From Candidatus Aminicenantes bacterium (GTDB taxonomy: Bacteria > Acidobacteriota > Aminicenantia > Aminicenantales > JAFGBC01), in NCBI GenBank assembly GCA_963702005.1, contig OY969696.1, positions 672,001 to 736,000 on the forward strand: a DNA stretch of 64,000 nucleotides, written 5' to 3'. A program made the translations under genes and the position numbers. Positions 26,472 through 35,568 of the stretch are shown piece after piece (position 1 is the first letter of the stretch; each line of letters begins with the position of its first letter). Below the pieces are notes generated by a model. It was not told where the DNA came from. It did not search any database and saw only the letters and a program-made list of their open reading frames with translations.

Positions 26472-27437
26472 CTAAGCACGGATGAGAGTCAGCCACTTCT
26501 CGTAGGCCATGTTCCGGCCGCCCACGATATCTTTGAAGGCCTTGGTCAACTCGAGAGTCAACCGGCCCGGACGGCCGTTGCCGATCGGGGCGTCCTTGAC
26601 GGTCTGGCCCGGGTCCGAGGCATCCCGGAAGCGGACGATCGGGATAACCTCGACGGCCGTGCCCGTGAAGAAGGCTTCGTCGGCCGCGAAGAACTCGTCC
26701 TTGCCGATCGGGCCGACCCGGGTCTTGTGGCCCAAATCGCGGGCGACCTCGAGGATGCTCGTCCGGGTGATCCCCTCCAAGACGGATTCGGTTTTATCGT
26801 TTGTCTTGAGGACGCCGTCCTTGACAATGAAGATGTTCTCGCCGGGGCCCTCGGCGATCCGGCCCTCCAGGTTGAGGAAGACGGCCTCGTCGCAACCCTG
26901 GGCCCTCGCCTCCAGTCCGCAGATCGTGGATTGGACGTAGACGCCGCCCAGCTTGGCCGTCATCTGGAGCTGGCTGTAGTGGATGCGCCGCCAGGGCAGG
27001 ATATAGACGCAGACGCCCTGGTCGGCTTTTTCGCCCAAATAGGTGGCCCATTCCCAGCAGCCGATGGTGAGCTCGACCGGCGAGGCCTTGGGGACGAGGC
27101 CGAGGTTGCCGTACGAAAAGAATAAGAGGGGCCGGATGTAGGCGGCCTCGAGCCCGTTTTCGATCATCGTCAGCTTGATGGCGGCGATGACTTCGTCTTT
27201 CGTATGGGGAACGTCCATCCTGAGCACCGAGGCCGAATGGAAAAGGCGGTCGATATGCTCGGGCAGACGGAAGACGGCCGGACCCCGCGCCGTGTTGTAG
27301 GCCCGGATCCCCTCGAAGACCGAAGTCCCGTAGTGGAGGCCGTGGAGCATGGGGTGGAGGACGGCCCGGGACCAGTCGAAGAGCTGTCCTTTGTACCAAT
27401 AGAGCTTCGCCTTCGGAAAATGCGTGTTAGGAAACAT
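26472..27437 (-). CDS. ilvE: Branched-chain amino acid aminotransferase
   Basis: LHYGTSVFEGIR, YIRP, AKLGGVY, EGPGENIF, LEGITR, TGTAVE. Confidence 0.93.
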   Translation of the reverse strand: MFPNTHFPKAKLYWYKGQLFDWSRAVLHPMLHGLHYGTSVFEGIRAYNTARGPAVFRLPEHIDRLFHSASVLRMDVPHTKDEVIAAIKLTMIENGLEAAYIRPLLFFSYGNLGLVPKASPVELTIGCWEWATYLGEKADQGVCVYILPWRRIHYSQLQMTAKLGGVYVQSTICGLEARAQGCDEAVFLNLEGRIAEGPGENIFIVKDGVLKTNDKTESVLEGITRTSILEVARDLGHKTRVGPIGKDEFFAADEAFFTGTAVEVIPIVRFRDASDPGQTVKDAPIGNGRPGRLTLELTKAFKDIVGGRNMAYEKWLTLIRA

Positions 27438-27610
27438 AGCGGACTCCTTGTAGGACATTTGCGACGTGCAGATATCCCCCTTGCCGGCTCTCGAAGAGCC
27501 AAGACCGGATCGCCGTCTTTTTGAAAAAGAAGACCGACCTCTGTATTGAAATTGTCTTATATCATATCTAAAAAATAATGAAAAGAGATCAAGACGCCTT
27601 TAATGACGTC

Positions 27611-28561
27611 TTAGCGGCCTTCGAAGTAATGGCGGCCCTTATGGGCGACCGGCCGGGCGAGGCCTTTCCGGAGAAGGAAGGCGAGCCGCGCCTGGACCTC
27701 CTGGGCCGGTCGGCCCAGGGACAGGGCCAGGTCCTTGAGAGTGACCGGCCTTCGCTTGAGGACGGCCAGGACGTCCTCGGCGCGGAGACGTGAGGCGTTC
27801 GTCCGGCCCTGCTTCCGGAAGTCGGCGATGATTTCAGCATGGGCGCCGAGAATCCGCTTGGCGCGTTCGAGATCGGCGCGACTGAGAGGGCGGGCGCGTC
27901 TTTCGGCGGGAGGGCGAACGACCGTATTGAGCTGGACTCGGTCCGGGCTCAAGGCTTCGATGAGAGGTCTGAGGCGGCGAAGGTGGGCGGGGCTGTCGTT
28001 GACGCCCTTGATGAGCATGACCTCGAGCCAGATCCGGCCCGGGAATTCCTTCCTGAATACATTGAGGCCCCGAATGATCCGGGCAAACCCGACCGAGGGA
28101 TGAGGACGGTTGACCCTGTCCAGCACGGCTTGATCCGCGGCGTCGAGGGTCGGGATGACGATATCGGCTTCGGCCAGGCCGAGGCGGACGGCCTTCCTGT
28201 AGAGCAGGGAGCCGTTGGTCAGGACCGCGACCGGTACGCCGGCCATTTTTTTTATCCTCCGGATGAGCCCCCCCAGGGACCTGTAGAGCGTCGGCTCGCC
28301 CGTTCCGGACAGGGTGATACAATCGATCTTTTTCCCGGAGCGGAGGGCTTCGCGGACCTGGTCGAGGACGTCGACGACGGGGAAGAAATCCCGGCGCCGG
28401 GCGGTCTTGTGGGTCGTACGACCGACCTGACAGTAGACGCAGTCGAAAGTACAATATTTAAGGGGAACGAGGTCGATGCCGAGCGAATAGCCGAGCCGCC
28501 GGGACGGGACGGGACCGTAGACGTATTGGGGGCTGTCGGGCTGGAGGGCGGGGAGCGTCAT
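27611..28561 (-). CDS. Radical SAM protein (COG0731/TYW1-like Fe-S oxidoreductase)
   Basis: [29 protein letters not shown]. Confidence 0.9.
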   Translation of the reverse strand: MTLPALQPDSPQYVYGPVPSRRLGYSLGIDLVPLKYCTFDCVYCQVGRTTHKTARRRDFFPVVDVLDQVREALRSGKKIDCITLSGTGEPTLYRSLGGLIRRIKKMAGVPVAVLTNGSLLYRKAVRLGLAEADIVIPTLDAADQAVLDRVNRPHPSVGFARIIRGLNVFRKEFPGRIWLEVMLIKGVNDSPAHLRRLRPLIEALSPDRVQLNTVVRPPAERRARPLSRADLERAKRILGAHAEIIADFRKQGRTNASRLRAEDVLAVLKRRPVTLKDLALSLGRPAQEVQARLAFLLRKGLARPVAHKGRHYFEGR

Positions 28562-28758
28562 CGGCCTTGATGGACCCGGATGAACCTTAGGATCGATCTG
28601 TCGTAAGTCTTTTCCACGGCGTCCGGGAAAAAGCAGGCGGGGAGTTCGCCCTGATTTTTATGATAGACGAGGCATTCGCAACACAAGCCTTTTCGGGAGC
28701 AAGGTTCATAACTGCAATTGCAGCGCGAAAGGTTCTTTGGTTTGAGGCATTCCGACAT
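28558..28758 (-). CDS. Small Cys-rich protein (DUF6485-like)
   Basis: [21 protein letters not shown]...LPACFF; ATGA overlap with the radical SAM gene. Confidence 0.8.
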   Translation of the reverse strand: MSECLKPKNLSRCNCSYEPCSRKGLCCECLVYHKNQGELPACFFPDAVEKTYDRSILRFIRVHQGR

Positions 28759-28849
28759 GGCATCCTCGCCGAAGTATTATACAACTTCTCTTCGTTTGTG
28801 TCCGGGCCGGGTTTTCGATAAGATAGCCCTGTTCCAAGGAGTTGACGCC

Positions 28850-29248
28850 ATGTCCCGATACACGGAGAAAGAAGCCAAGGCCGGGCTCGGGGCGAAACTG
28901 CCGGCGCTCGAGACCTTTCCCAACCAGTTCTCCGGCTACGAAATCCTGATCGAGATCCCCGAGTTCACCTCGGTCTGCCCCAAGACGGGCCTCCCCGACT
29001 TCGGGACGATTTCGATCCGCTATATTCCGCGGGCGCGCGTCCTCGAGCTCAAATCCCTCAAGGAGTACATTCTGGCCTATCGGACTCTCGGCATCTTCTA
29101 CGAGAACGTCGTCAATCGCGTCCTCGAGGACGTCGTCAAAGCCAGCCGGCCCGTTCGGGCTCGCGTCACGGGCGCCTTCAGGCCCCGGGGCGGGATCCAA
29201 TCGACCGTGGTCGCGACGTTTCCTCGCTCCAAGGATTTCTCCGACTGA
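28850..29248 (+). CDS. queF: PreQ1 synthase (7-cyano-7-deazaguanine reductase)
   Basis: EFTSVCPKTGLPDF, ELKSLKEY, RGGI; AAGGAG RBS. Confidence 0.95.
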   Translation: MSRYTEKEAKAGLGAKLPALETFPNQFSGYEILIEIPEFTSVCPKTGLPDFGTISIRYIPRARVLELKSLKEYILAYRTLGIFYENVVNRVLEDVVKASRPVRARVTGAFRPRGGIQSTVVATFPRSKDFSD

Positions 29249-30189
29249 TGCGGACGGGCCTCCCCTCCCACCCCCCCGGTCCGGGCCGAACGGCGAGCGT
29301 CGGATTCGGGACGACGGACCTGTTCATGATCCTGACCGTCCTCGTCTGGGGGATCAACCTCTCCCTCATCAAGATCTCCCTCAAGGAGCTTCGTCCCCAC
29401 GCCTTCAACGGGGTCCGGCTGTCCGTCTCCGCGCTCCTGTTTGGAATCGTTCTGCTGACCGGCCGCGGGAAGGCCCCGGCCTTGGGAAGGGACATTTGGA
29501 AGGTTCTCGGGCTCGCCGTCCTGGGCTGGACTCTCTACCAATGGCTCTTCATCCAGGGGATCGAGCATACGGCGGCTTCGACGACCTCCCTGATCCTGGC
29601 CATGTCCCCGGTTTTCGTGGCCGTTCTCAGCACCCTCCTCGGCTATGAGAAAATCCACTGGGCCGCCTGGCTGGGCATCGCCATCTCGTTCTTCGGCTTC
29701 TACGCGGTCATCACCGGTCCCCTCTTGTCGTTCCGGCTCTCGGCCGGGGCGCTCCGGGGTGATCTGCTCCTCCTGGCCGCGAACATTTGTTGGGCCCTCT
29801 ACACCGTCTTGTCTAAAAGTCTTCTGGAACGGATTCCTCCGCTGCGGCTGGCCGCCCTGACGGCTATCCCGGGGACGATTCTCTATCTTCCTCTGGCAGC
29901 CCGGGACATGGCCGCGCAACGTTATGCCGGCGTATCCTGGGGGGCCTGGGGAGCGCTCATGTTCTCGGCCACGCTCGCCATCTTCGCCGGCTATATTATC
30001 TGGTATGCCTCGATCAGGCGAGTCGGAAACGCCAAAACCGCCATCTATTCGACGCTCAACCCGATTTTCGCCGTGCTGTTCGCGGCGCTGTTCCTGTCCG
30101 AGACGATCACAGCCGTTCAAGTCGGCGGGGCCGCCGTCATCCTGGCCGGCGTCTACCTGACCCGCTCCGGCTACCGGCTGTTCAGGTGA
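29248..30189 (+). CDS. DMT/EamA family transporter
   Basis: Two EamA repeats, ~10 TMs; TGATG overlap with queF. Confidence 0.9.
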   Translation: MRTGLPSHPPGPGRTASVGFGTTDLFMILTVLVWGINLSLIKISLKELRPHAFNGVRLSVSALLFGIVLLTGRGKAPALGRDIWKVLGLAVLGWTLYQWLFIQGIEHTAASTTSLILAMSPVFVAVLSTLLGYEKIHWAAWLGIAISFFGFYAVITGPLLSFRLSAGALRGDLLLLAANICWALYTVLSKSLLERIPPLRLAALTAIPGTILYLPLAARDMAAQRYAGVSWGAWGALMFSATLAIFAGYIIWYASIRRVGNAKTAIYSTLNPIFAVLFAALFLSETITAVQVGGAAVILAGVYLTRSGYRLFR

Positions 30190-30198
30190 GGGGCGGCT

Positions 30199-30810
30199 CT
30201 ACCTTAATTTATAGATCTTGTGGAGCTGGAGAGTCAGCCGGACGTTGGGGAGGTTGGCTTTCAGGGAGCGCCTGAGAAGGCGAAGGGCCTTGTCGCGGCT
30301 GTCCTTCCGGTTCGATTCCGGCTGAAGCAGGATGGGGGTTCCGGCCGGGAACTCCCCGCGCAGCCTCTCCACGACGGCGTAGGTCAATTCTCGGCTGACG
30401 ACGAGCTTGATTTCCTGCGCCCGGCGGCGCCAGCGGGGATGATAAGAATAGGATCCCGGCTTGGGCGAGAGCGTGATCCAGTCGAAGGAGACGGGCTGGA
30501 AAAGAGTCCCGTTCGTCTCGACCTGGACCTTAAACCCGCGGGCCCGGAGGCCGGAGACGAGCCCGCTCAAGTTCTGGAGGAGAGGCTCGCCGCCGGTCAG
30601 GCAGACCCAGCTGGCGGGGAAGCCGCACCGGAGAGCCGTCAGGCGGCGGATGAGGTGGGCCGTCGTTGCGTCCCGGCCGCCGCTCCAGGCCCGCTTGGTG
30701 TCGCAGAATGGGCAGCGGAGGTTGCAGCCGGCCAGCCTGATGAAGAGCGTCGGCTCGCCCTGGCGGAGCCCTTCGCCCTGGACCGAGGCGAAAACCTCAG
30801 CGATCTTCAC
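30199..30810 (-). CDS. queE: 7-carboxy-7-deazaguanine synthase
   Basis: GTG start, SVQGEG, FIRLAGCNLRCPFCDT, TGGEP, ETNG, LQLHK. Confidence 0.95.
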   Translation of the reverse strand: MKIAEVFASVQGEGLRQGEPTLFIRLAGCNLRCPFCDTKRAWSGGRDATTAHLIRRLTALRCGFPASWVCLTGGEPLLQNLSGLVSGLRARGFKVQVETNGTLFQPVSFDWITLSPKPGSYSYHPRWRRRAQEIKLVVSRELTYAVVERLRGEFPAGTPILLQPESNRKDSRDKALRLLRRSLKANLPNVRLTLQLHKIYKLR

Positions 30811-31144
30811 GGTACGTGGCCGACGCCTCGTCTGATTCCCAGACCGTGATGGCCGCGACCGGATAGCGTGTCTTGAGCTCGCGGTAGAAATGACGGGCCA
30901 GGTTCTCGGCCGAGGGATTGAAGGGGAGGACGTCGTTGAGGAGCGTATGGTCGGGCAGGATCGCGGCCAGGCTCGCTTTGATCTCAATGAAGTCGATCCC
31001 GATGCCCGTAGCGTCGAGCTCCCGGACCTCGACCTGAACCTCGACCTGAAAGGTGTGGCCGTGGACCTTCTCGCACTTGCCCTTGTAGTCCTTCAAGAAG
31101 TGGGCGGCCTGGAACTTGTCCCGCACGCTGAGAAGCCAGCTCAT
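30797..31144 (-). CDS. queD: 6-carboxytetrahydropterin synthase
   Basis: AAH, CEKVHGH, DHTLLN, PSAENLA, VWES. Confidence 0.95.
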   Translation of the reverse strand: MSWLLSVRDKFQAAHFLKDYKGKCEKVHGHTFQVEVQVEVRELDATGIGIDFIEIKASLAAILPDHTLLNDVLPFNPSAENLARHFYRELKTRYPVAAITVWESDEASATYREDR

Positions 31145-31836
31145 AGGCGGCCCTCCTTTGCGAGTCTTGCGATAAGCGGGTCGGGACGGCCGACCTCCCG
31201 CCAGGCCCGCTGCCGCAGCAGGCAGGATGAGCAGCGGCGGCAGGGGATCTCGCCGCCGGCGTAACAGGAAACGGACCGCGCGTAGTCGGCCCGGAGCGAG
31301 AGACCTCGGCGGATGATCTCGGACTTTTTCATCTCCGCGAACGGCGCCAGGATTCGGATCCGGCCACAGCCCGAGACGGGCTTGGTCCCGGACCGGACGG
31401 CCTTTTCCATGGCCTTGACGAAGGCGGGGCGCGTGTCGGGATAGTGGGGCGAATCGATGACGTTGAACCCGCAGACGATGTCCCGGATGCCGCGGGCTTC
31501 GGCTAGGGCGGCGGCGACGGCCAGGAAGATCCCGTTGCGGAAGGGGACGTAGGTCGCCGGAACCCCGGGTCCGATCTCCTCGACCCGGCGGGGACGGGGG
31601 AGCGGGATGGAAAAGTCGGTCAGGGCCGAATCCCCGATTCGATCCAGCCGGATCGGAAAAATCTCGTGCCCGATCCCGAGCTTGCGGGCCGTCGCGCGGG
31701 CCATCCGGATTTCAACCCGGTGGCGCTGCCCGTAGTCGAACGTCAAGGCCCGGACGGAATCGTAGCGATTCCGGGCCCAGTACAGGGCCGTCGTCGAATC
31801 GATGCCGCCCGAAAAGAGGACTAAGGCTTGTTTCAC
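31141..31836 (-). CDS. queC: 7-cyano-7-deazaguanine synthase
   Basis: SGGIDS, FDYGQRH, TYVPFRN, YPD, SCY...CxxCxxC. Confidence 0.95.
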   Translation of the reverse strand: MKQALVLFSGGIDSTTALYWARNRYDSVRALTFDYGQRHRVEIRMARATARKLGIGHEIFPIRLDRIGDSALTDFSIPLPRPRRVEEIGPGVPATYVPFRNGIFLAVAAALAEARGIRDIVCGFNVIDSPHYPDTRPAFVKAMEKAVRSGTKPVSGCGRIRILAPFAEMKKSEIIRRGLSLRADYARSVSCYAGGEIPCRRCSSCLLRQRAWREVGRPDPLIARLAKEGRL

Positions 31837-31920
31837 GCCGTTCGCTCCCGGCCCGATGATAAGGAATCGGCCGCTTTTTTTCAACCCCCTTCCCGGGAAA
31901 ATCCCGTCGCGCGGCTCCAT

Positions 31921-31969
31921 TTTCATTCTTGTTTCATTCTTGACATTATTCCGTGGCCGGATATATGAT
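31921..31969 (+). promoter_or_regulatory. Sigma70 promoter with an 11-bp tandem repeat overlapping the -35
   Basis: TTTCATTCTTG x2 (31921-31942); TTGACA-18-TATGAT. Confidence 0.6.
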
Positions 31970-32171
31970 TATCGCGGAATTGAGAGCCCTGCAAAGAACA
32001 TTTTGGTGGATAGATGATCAATATCGCCGGGTTGGGGTTAACGAGAATTTTAAGGAGGGTGAATGACGGGAGAGTCTGCTAGCTTTCTGTGTCCAAGGTC
32101 GGGGTGAATCTCCAACGGATTCATCCCGGGGGAGAGGGATCAAGAGTATTCGGAATGCGGAGTCTAAACGA

Positions 32172-35100
32172 ATGAAAAACAGGTCATTATGTTTCGCTCT
32201 CATCATTTGTTTCTTAACCGTCGGAACCGCGTTCGCTCAGCTCACGCCGGAAGGGAAGATCATAGGAAAGGTTGTTGACAACCAAGGGAGTTCTCTTCCC
32301 GGCGTGGCCGTTGAAGCGATCAGCCCCAAGCTGGTCGGAAAGGCCGCCACGATTACCGATGCCAACGGGACCTTCCGTTTGATGGCCCTTCCGACCGGGG
32401 TTTACCAGGTCACCTTTTCGCTGCCCGGGTTCAAAACGCTGGTCAGAGAGGATATCTATCTGGAGTTATCCCAGACGCTGACCCTGAATGTCACCCTGGA
32501 GATGTCCGCCCTGGCGGAGACGATCACGGTCGTCGGCCAGGCCCCCCTGATCGACGTCAAGAGCACGGTCAAGGGGCAGGTCATGACCAAGGAAACCTTT
32601 ATGTCGCTTCCCCGAGGGAGGGCCTTCGATTCTCTCATCAGCCTTATTCCCGGCGTTCAGAATGAGGACATCACCGCCGGCATCTCGGTCGACGGCGCCT
32701 CGGGCGCCGAGAACGTGTTCTTCGTCGACGGCGCGGATATGACGGACTTTCACCTGGGCATCAAGGGCCAGAACATGGTTCTCGAGCTGCTGGATGAGGT
32801 CAAGGTCACGGCTTCAGGCTACAACGCCGAATTCGGCGGCTCGATGGGCGGCGTCGTCAACGTCATCACCCGCTCCGGCGGCAACGATTATCACGGCGAC
32901 GTCATGCTCTTCTACGAGAACAACCGCACCTACATGCAGGGGAAGGCGCGGGACTACCTCAGGCAGAACCCCGACAACGATACGCTCTTCGAGTACGTGA
33001 ACGACGACACGCTCTATTTCAACGGCGGGAAGGACCGGGACCGCTACAACCGGTACGAAGGGGTCGTGAGCCTGGGCGGCTACATCATCAAGAACAAGCT
33101 GTGGTTCTTCGGCTCCCTGAACCCGGTCTACAACCAGACCGCGGCCCAGCGGGACTTCAATTATCGGGAGGGGCCGTTCGCCACGTTCAAGAACAAGAAC
33201 ACCGATTATAACGGCTCCATCCGGCTGTCGGCGGCCCCGACGACTGGGCTCCGGCTGTCGGCGAGCTACGTCAACAATTTCACCAAGTACCGGGGCGCCC
33301 TCCCCAGCATCCTCGGCTATGACGACTCGTCCTACGAATGGCTGAAAGAGGGCTACGACTATCCCAACTGGACGGCGGCGGTAACGGCGGATTATTCCAT
33401 CGGCAACAACCTTCTCATCAGCTACCGGGGCGGCTGGCACGAGCAGAATACGAACAACCAACAAATCCGCCCGCCCGACAGCACAACCTATAACTTCAAC
33501 ACCTCGAATACGGCCTACGCGGACGATCCGTTCTTCCTGGCCCATCCGGACTTGATCCATTCCTCGGGTTGGACCTCGGCCGGGACCTTCCGCGAGACCA
33601 AGAAATACCTGCAGGAAAAGATCAGCAACAACCTGGACGCGACCTACTATCTCAATGCGATGGGGGAACACGCCCTCAAGGCCGGCTTCGGCTATGCCTA
33701 TCTCCACGAGGATGTCTTTGAAGCCGCTACGCACCCCAGAGTTTACCTGGCTTTCGGAAGGACCTTCCAGGGCCTGGGCGATCCCGTCGGCGTCGGCGCC
33801 GACCCGAGCAGTCCCTATTACGGCGCCTACGGATATTATTATATCCGGGGCTCCTTCACCCAGCCCGTCAACGGGGGCGCCTGGAACATCCACGCCAACA
33901 ACTTCTCGGCCTATCTCCAGGATTCCTGGACCATCAAAAACAGGCTGACCGTCAACTTCGGCCTCCGGTCCGAGAGCCAGTACATCCCGTCCATGACCAC
34001 CGACACCTCCTATACGAGCTTCACGGACAAGCCCGTCAAGTTCAATATGGGCCAGATGCTGGCTCCCCGGGTGGGCCTGGTCTATGACGTGTTCGGGGAT
34101 TCCAGCCTGAAGGTTTTCGGCAGCTTCGGCATCTATTACGACGTCATGAAGCTCTACATGGCCGAGCTGACCTTCGGCGGCTGGAAGCGCAATCAGGATT
34201 ACTACGCCCTCATGGACCCGGATTGGAGGAAAATCGCGGCGAGCGGCGTGTTCGGCGATCGGGCCAGCCAGGCGGCTGGCGGCACCTACGCCGGGACCAT
34301 CGATTTCCTGCCGCCGTCGTTCGACCGGGTCGATCCCGACCTTAAGCCGACCGCGCAGCGGGAGATCTCGTTCGGCGCCGAGAAGAAGCTATCCGAGAAC
34401 CTGTCCTTGTCCGTCCGCCTGGTCAATAAGCACCTGATCCGGACGATCGAGGACGTCGGCGTCTTCGAGTGGGTCACCGATCCCGCGACGGGCAGCCGGA
34501 CCCTGCAGGAGCTCTTCTACATCACGAATCCCGGTTTCGGTTATTCCCGGCCGGTCTCCCAGGGCGGAAAGTTCACCGACGAATACTGGCCGTGCCCCAA
34601 GGCGACCCGCGAGTACTACGGCTTGAACGTCACGCTCGAGAAGCGGTTCAGCGATAACTGGCAGGGCGGGATCAACTATACCCTGAGCCGGATCGCGGGA
34701 AATTATTCCGGCCTGGCCAGCGCCGACGAACCCGACAACGGCGTCGGCCGCCTCGGCCCGAACGTCGAACAGTACTACGACGATTGGTTCATCATGTACG
34801 ACGCCAAGGGGAAGGTTCTGGACGGCCCGTTGCCCCAGGACCGAACCCATTACATTAAGGCGTATGGGACCTATTCGTTCCCGTTCGGGCTGACCGTGGG
34901 CGTGACCGCCTACGGCCGCAGCGGCCTGCCGTTAACGACCAAGCTCTGGCTCAACGATCGGTACATCTATCCCGAGAACCGGGCCGATCTGGGCCGGCTG
35001 CCCTTCACTTTCTGGGCCGACCTCTACCTGGACTACTCATTCAAGTTCGGCGACAAATACCGGGCGTCCATCAACCTCCAGGTCAACAACATGACCAACA

Positions 35101-35300
35101 CCCAAACCGTCCAGAGGCAGATTCAGGAGATCAACCTGTACGGCATCTGGGCCGATTACTCGCAGATCCTCGATGGAACGCTGGCTCGCGACTATAAACA
35201 GATGGTCGCGGAGGCGGACGATACGCACCCCGCCTTCAACAAGTGGGTGAGCCGGTTCGGCCCCTGGTCCGCGCGCCTGGGCCTCAAGTTTTCGTTCTGA
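32172..35300 (+). CDS. Oar-like TonB-dependent receptor with an N-terminal carboxypeptidase-regulatory domain
   Basis: G.V.D..G..LPG...G.Y...F...GF, GYNAEFGGSMGGVVN, QDSW, APRVG, C-terminal Phe. Confidence 0.93.
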   Translation: MKNRSLCFALIICFLTVGTAFAQLTPEGKIIGKVVDNQGSSLPGVAVEAISPKLVGKAATITDANGTFRLMALPTGVYQVTFSLPGFKTLVREDIYLELSQTLTLNVTLEMSALAETITVVGQAPLIDVKSTVKGQVMTKETFMSLPRGRAFDSLISLIPGVQNEDITAGISVDGASGAENVFFVDGADMTDFHLGIKGQNMVLELLDEVKVTASGYNAEFGGSMGGVVNVITRSGGNDYHGDVMLFYENNRTYMQGKARDYLRQNPDNDTLFEYVNDDTLYFNGGKDRDRYNRYEGVVSLGGYIIKNKLWFFGSLNPVYNQTAAQRDFNYREGPFATFKNKNTDYNGSIRLSAAPTTGLRLSASYVNNFTKYRGALPSILGYDDSSYEWLKEGYDYPNWTAAVTADYSIGNNLLISYRGGWHEQNTNNQQIRPPDSTTYNFNTSNTAYADDPFFLAHPDLIHSSGWTSAGTFRETKKYLQEKISNNLDATYYLNAMGEHALKAGFGYAYLHEDVFEAATHPRVYLAFGRTFQGLGDPVGVGADPSSPYYGAYGYYYIRGSFTQPVNGGAWNIHANNFSAYLQDSWTIKNRLTVNFGLRSESQYIPSMTTDTSYTSFTDKPVKFNMGQMLAPRVGLVYDVFGDSSLKVFGSFGIYYDVMKLYMAELTFGGWKRNQDYYALMDPDWRKIAASGVFGDRASQAAGGTYAGTIDFLPPSFDRVDPDLKPTAQREISFGAEKKLSENLSLSVRLVNKHLIRTIEDVGVFEWVTDPATGSRTLQELFYITNPGFGYSRPVSQGGKFTDEYWPCPKATREYYGLNVTLEKRFSDNWQGGINYTLSRIAGNYSGLASADEPDNGVGRLGPNVEQYYDDWFIMYDAKGKVLDGPLPQDRTHYIKAYGTYSFPFGLTVGVTAYGRSGLPLTTKLWLNDRYIYPENRADLGRLPFTFWADLYLDYSFKFGDKYRASINLQVNNMTNTQTVQRQIQEINLYGIWADYSQILDGTLARDYKQMVAEADDTHPAFNKWVSRFGPWSARLGLKFSF

Positions 35301-35328
35301 TCGAGGCGCTCGGCACGCAACGTTTCAT

Positions 35329-35366
35329 AAGAGCCCGTCCTTCGTCTCCGAAGGACGGGCTCTTTT
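35329..35366 (+). terminator. Rho-independent terminator
   Basis: 16-bp stem AAGAGCCCGTCCTTCG/CGAAGGACGGGCTCTT running into a short T tract. Confidence 0.8.
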
Positions 35367-35427
35367 CCTGAAGCTCCACCGACTCACGTCCGTGGGGTCT
35401 CCCCTTTACAGGCGTTGGAGCGCGCCT

Positions 35428-35501
35428 ATGGAGCCGTTGATACGGCTCCATGAGTACTGCGAAACCGCACTCATGGAAGCCATGAGTAGTGCAAGGCTGC
35501 T
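35428..35501. repeat. Pair of REP-like ACTCAT/ATGAGT hairpins
   Basis: ATGGAGCCGT-TGAT-ACGGCTCCAT and ACTCATGG-AAG-CCATGAGT; the tail matches the reverse complement of 5609-5628 at 18/20. Confidence 0.55.
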
Positions 35502-35568
35502 GCCAGCCCCCGAAAGGGATTGACAGGGGGGGGAAGGGCCCGCTATTCTTGGGGCGGCTTAAAGACCC

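Noticed and set aside
27438-27560. Riboswitch or attenuator upstream of ilvE
   Set aside because: Several short hairpins, but no T-box, known aptamer or BCAA-rich leader peptide could be supported.
28790-28849. preQ1 riboswitch upstream of queF
   Set aside because: No convincing P1 stem with an A-rich tail; TAAGAT looks more like a -10 box.
35370-35400. IS200/605-like end remnant (AAGCTCCACCGACTCACGTCCGTGGGG)
   Set aside because: A single imperfect hairpin with no partner end or second copy in the window; too weak to call.
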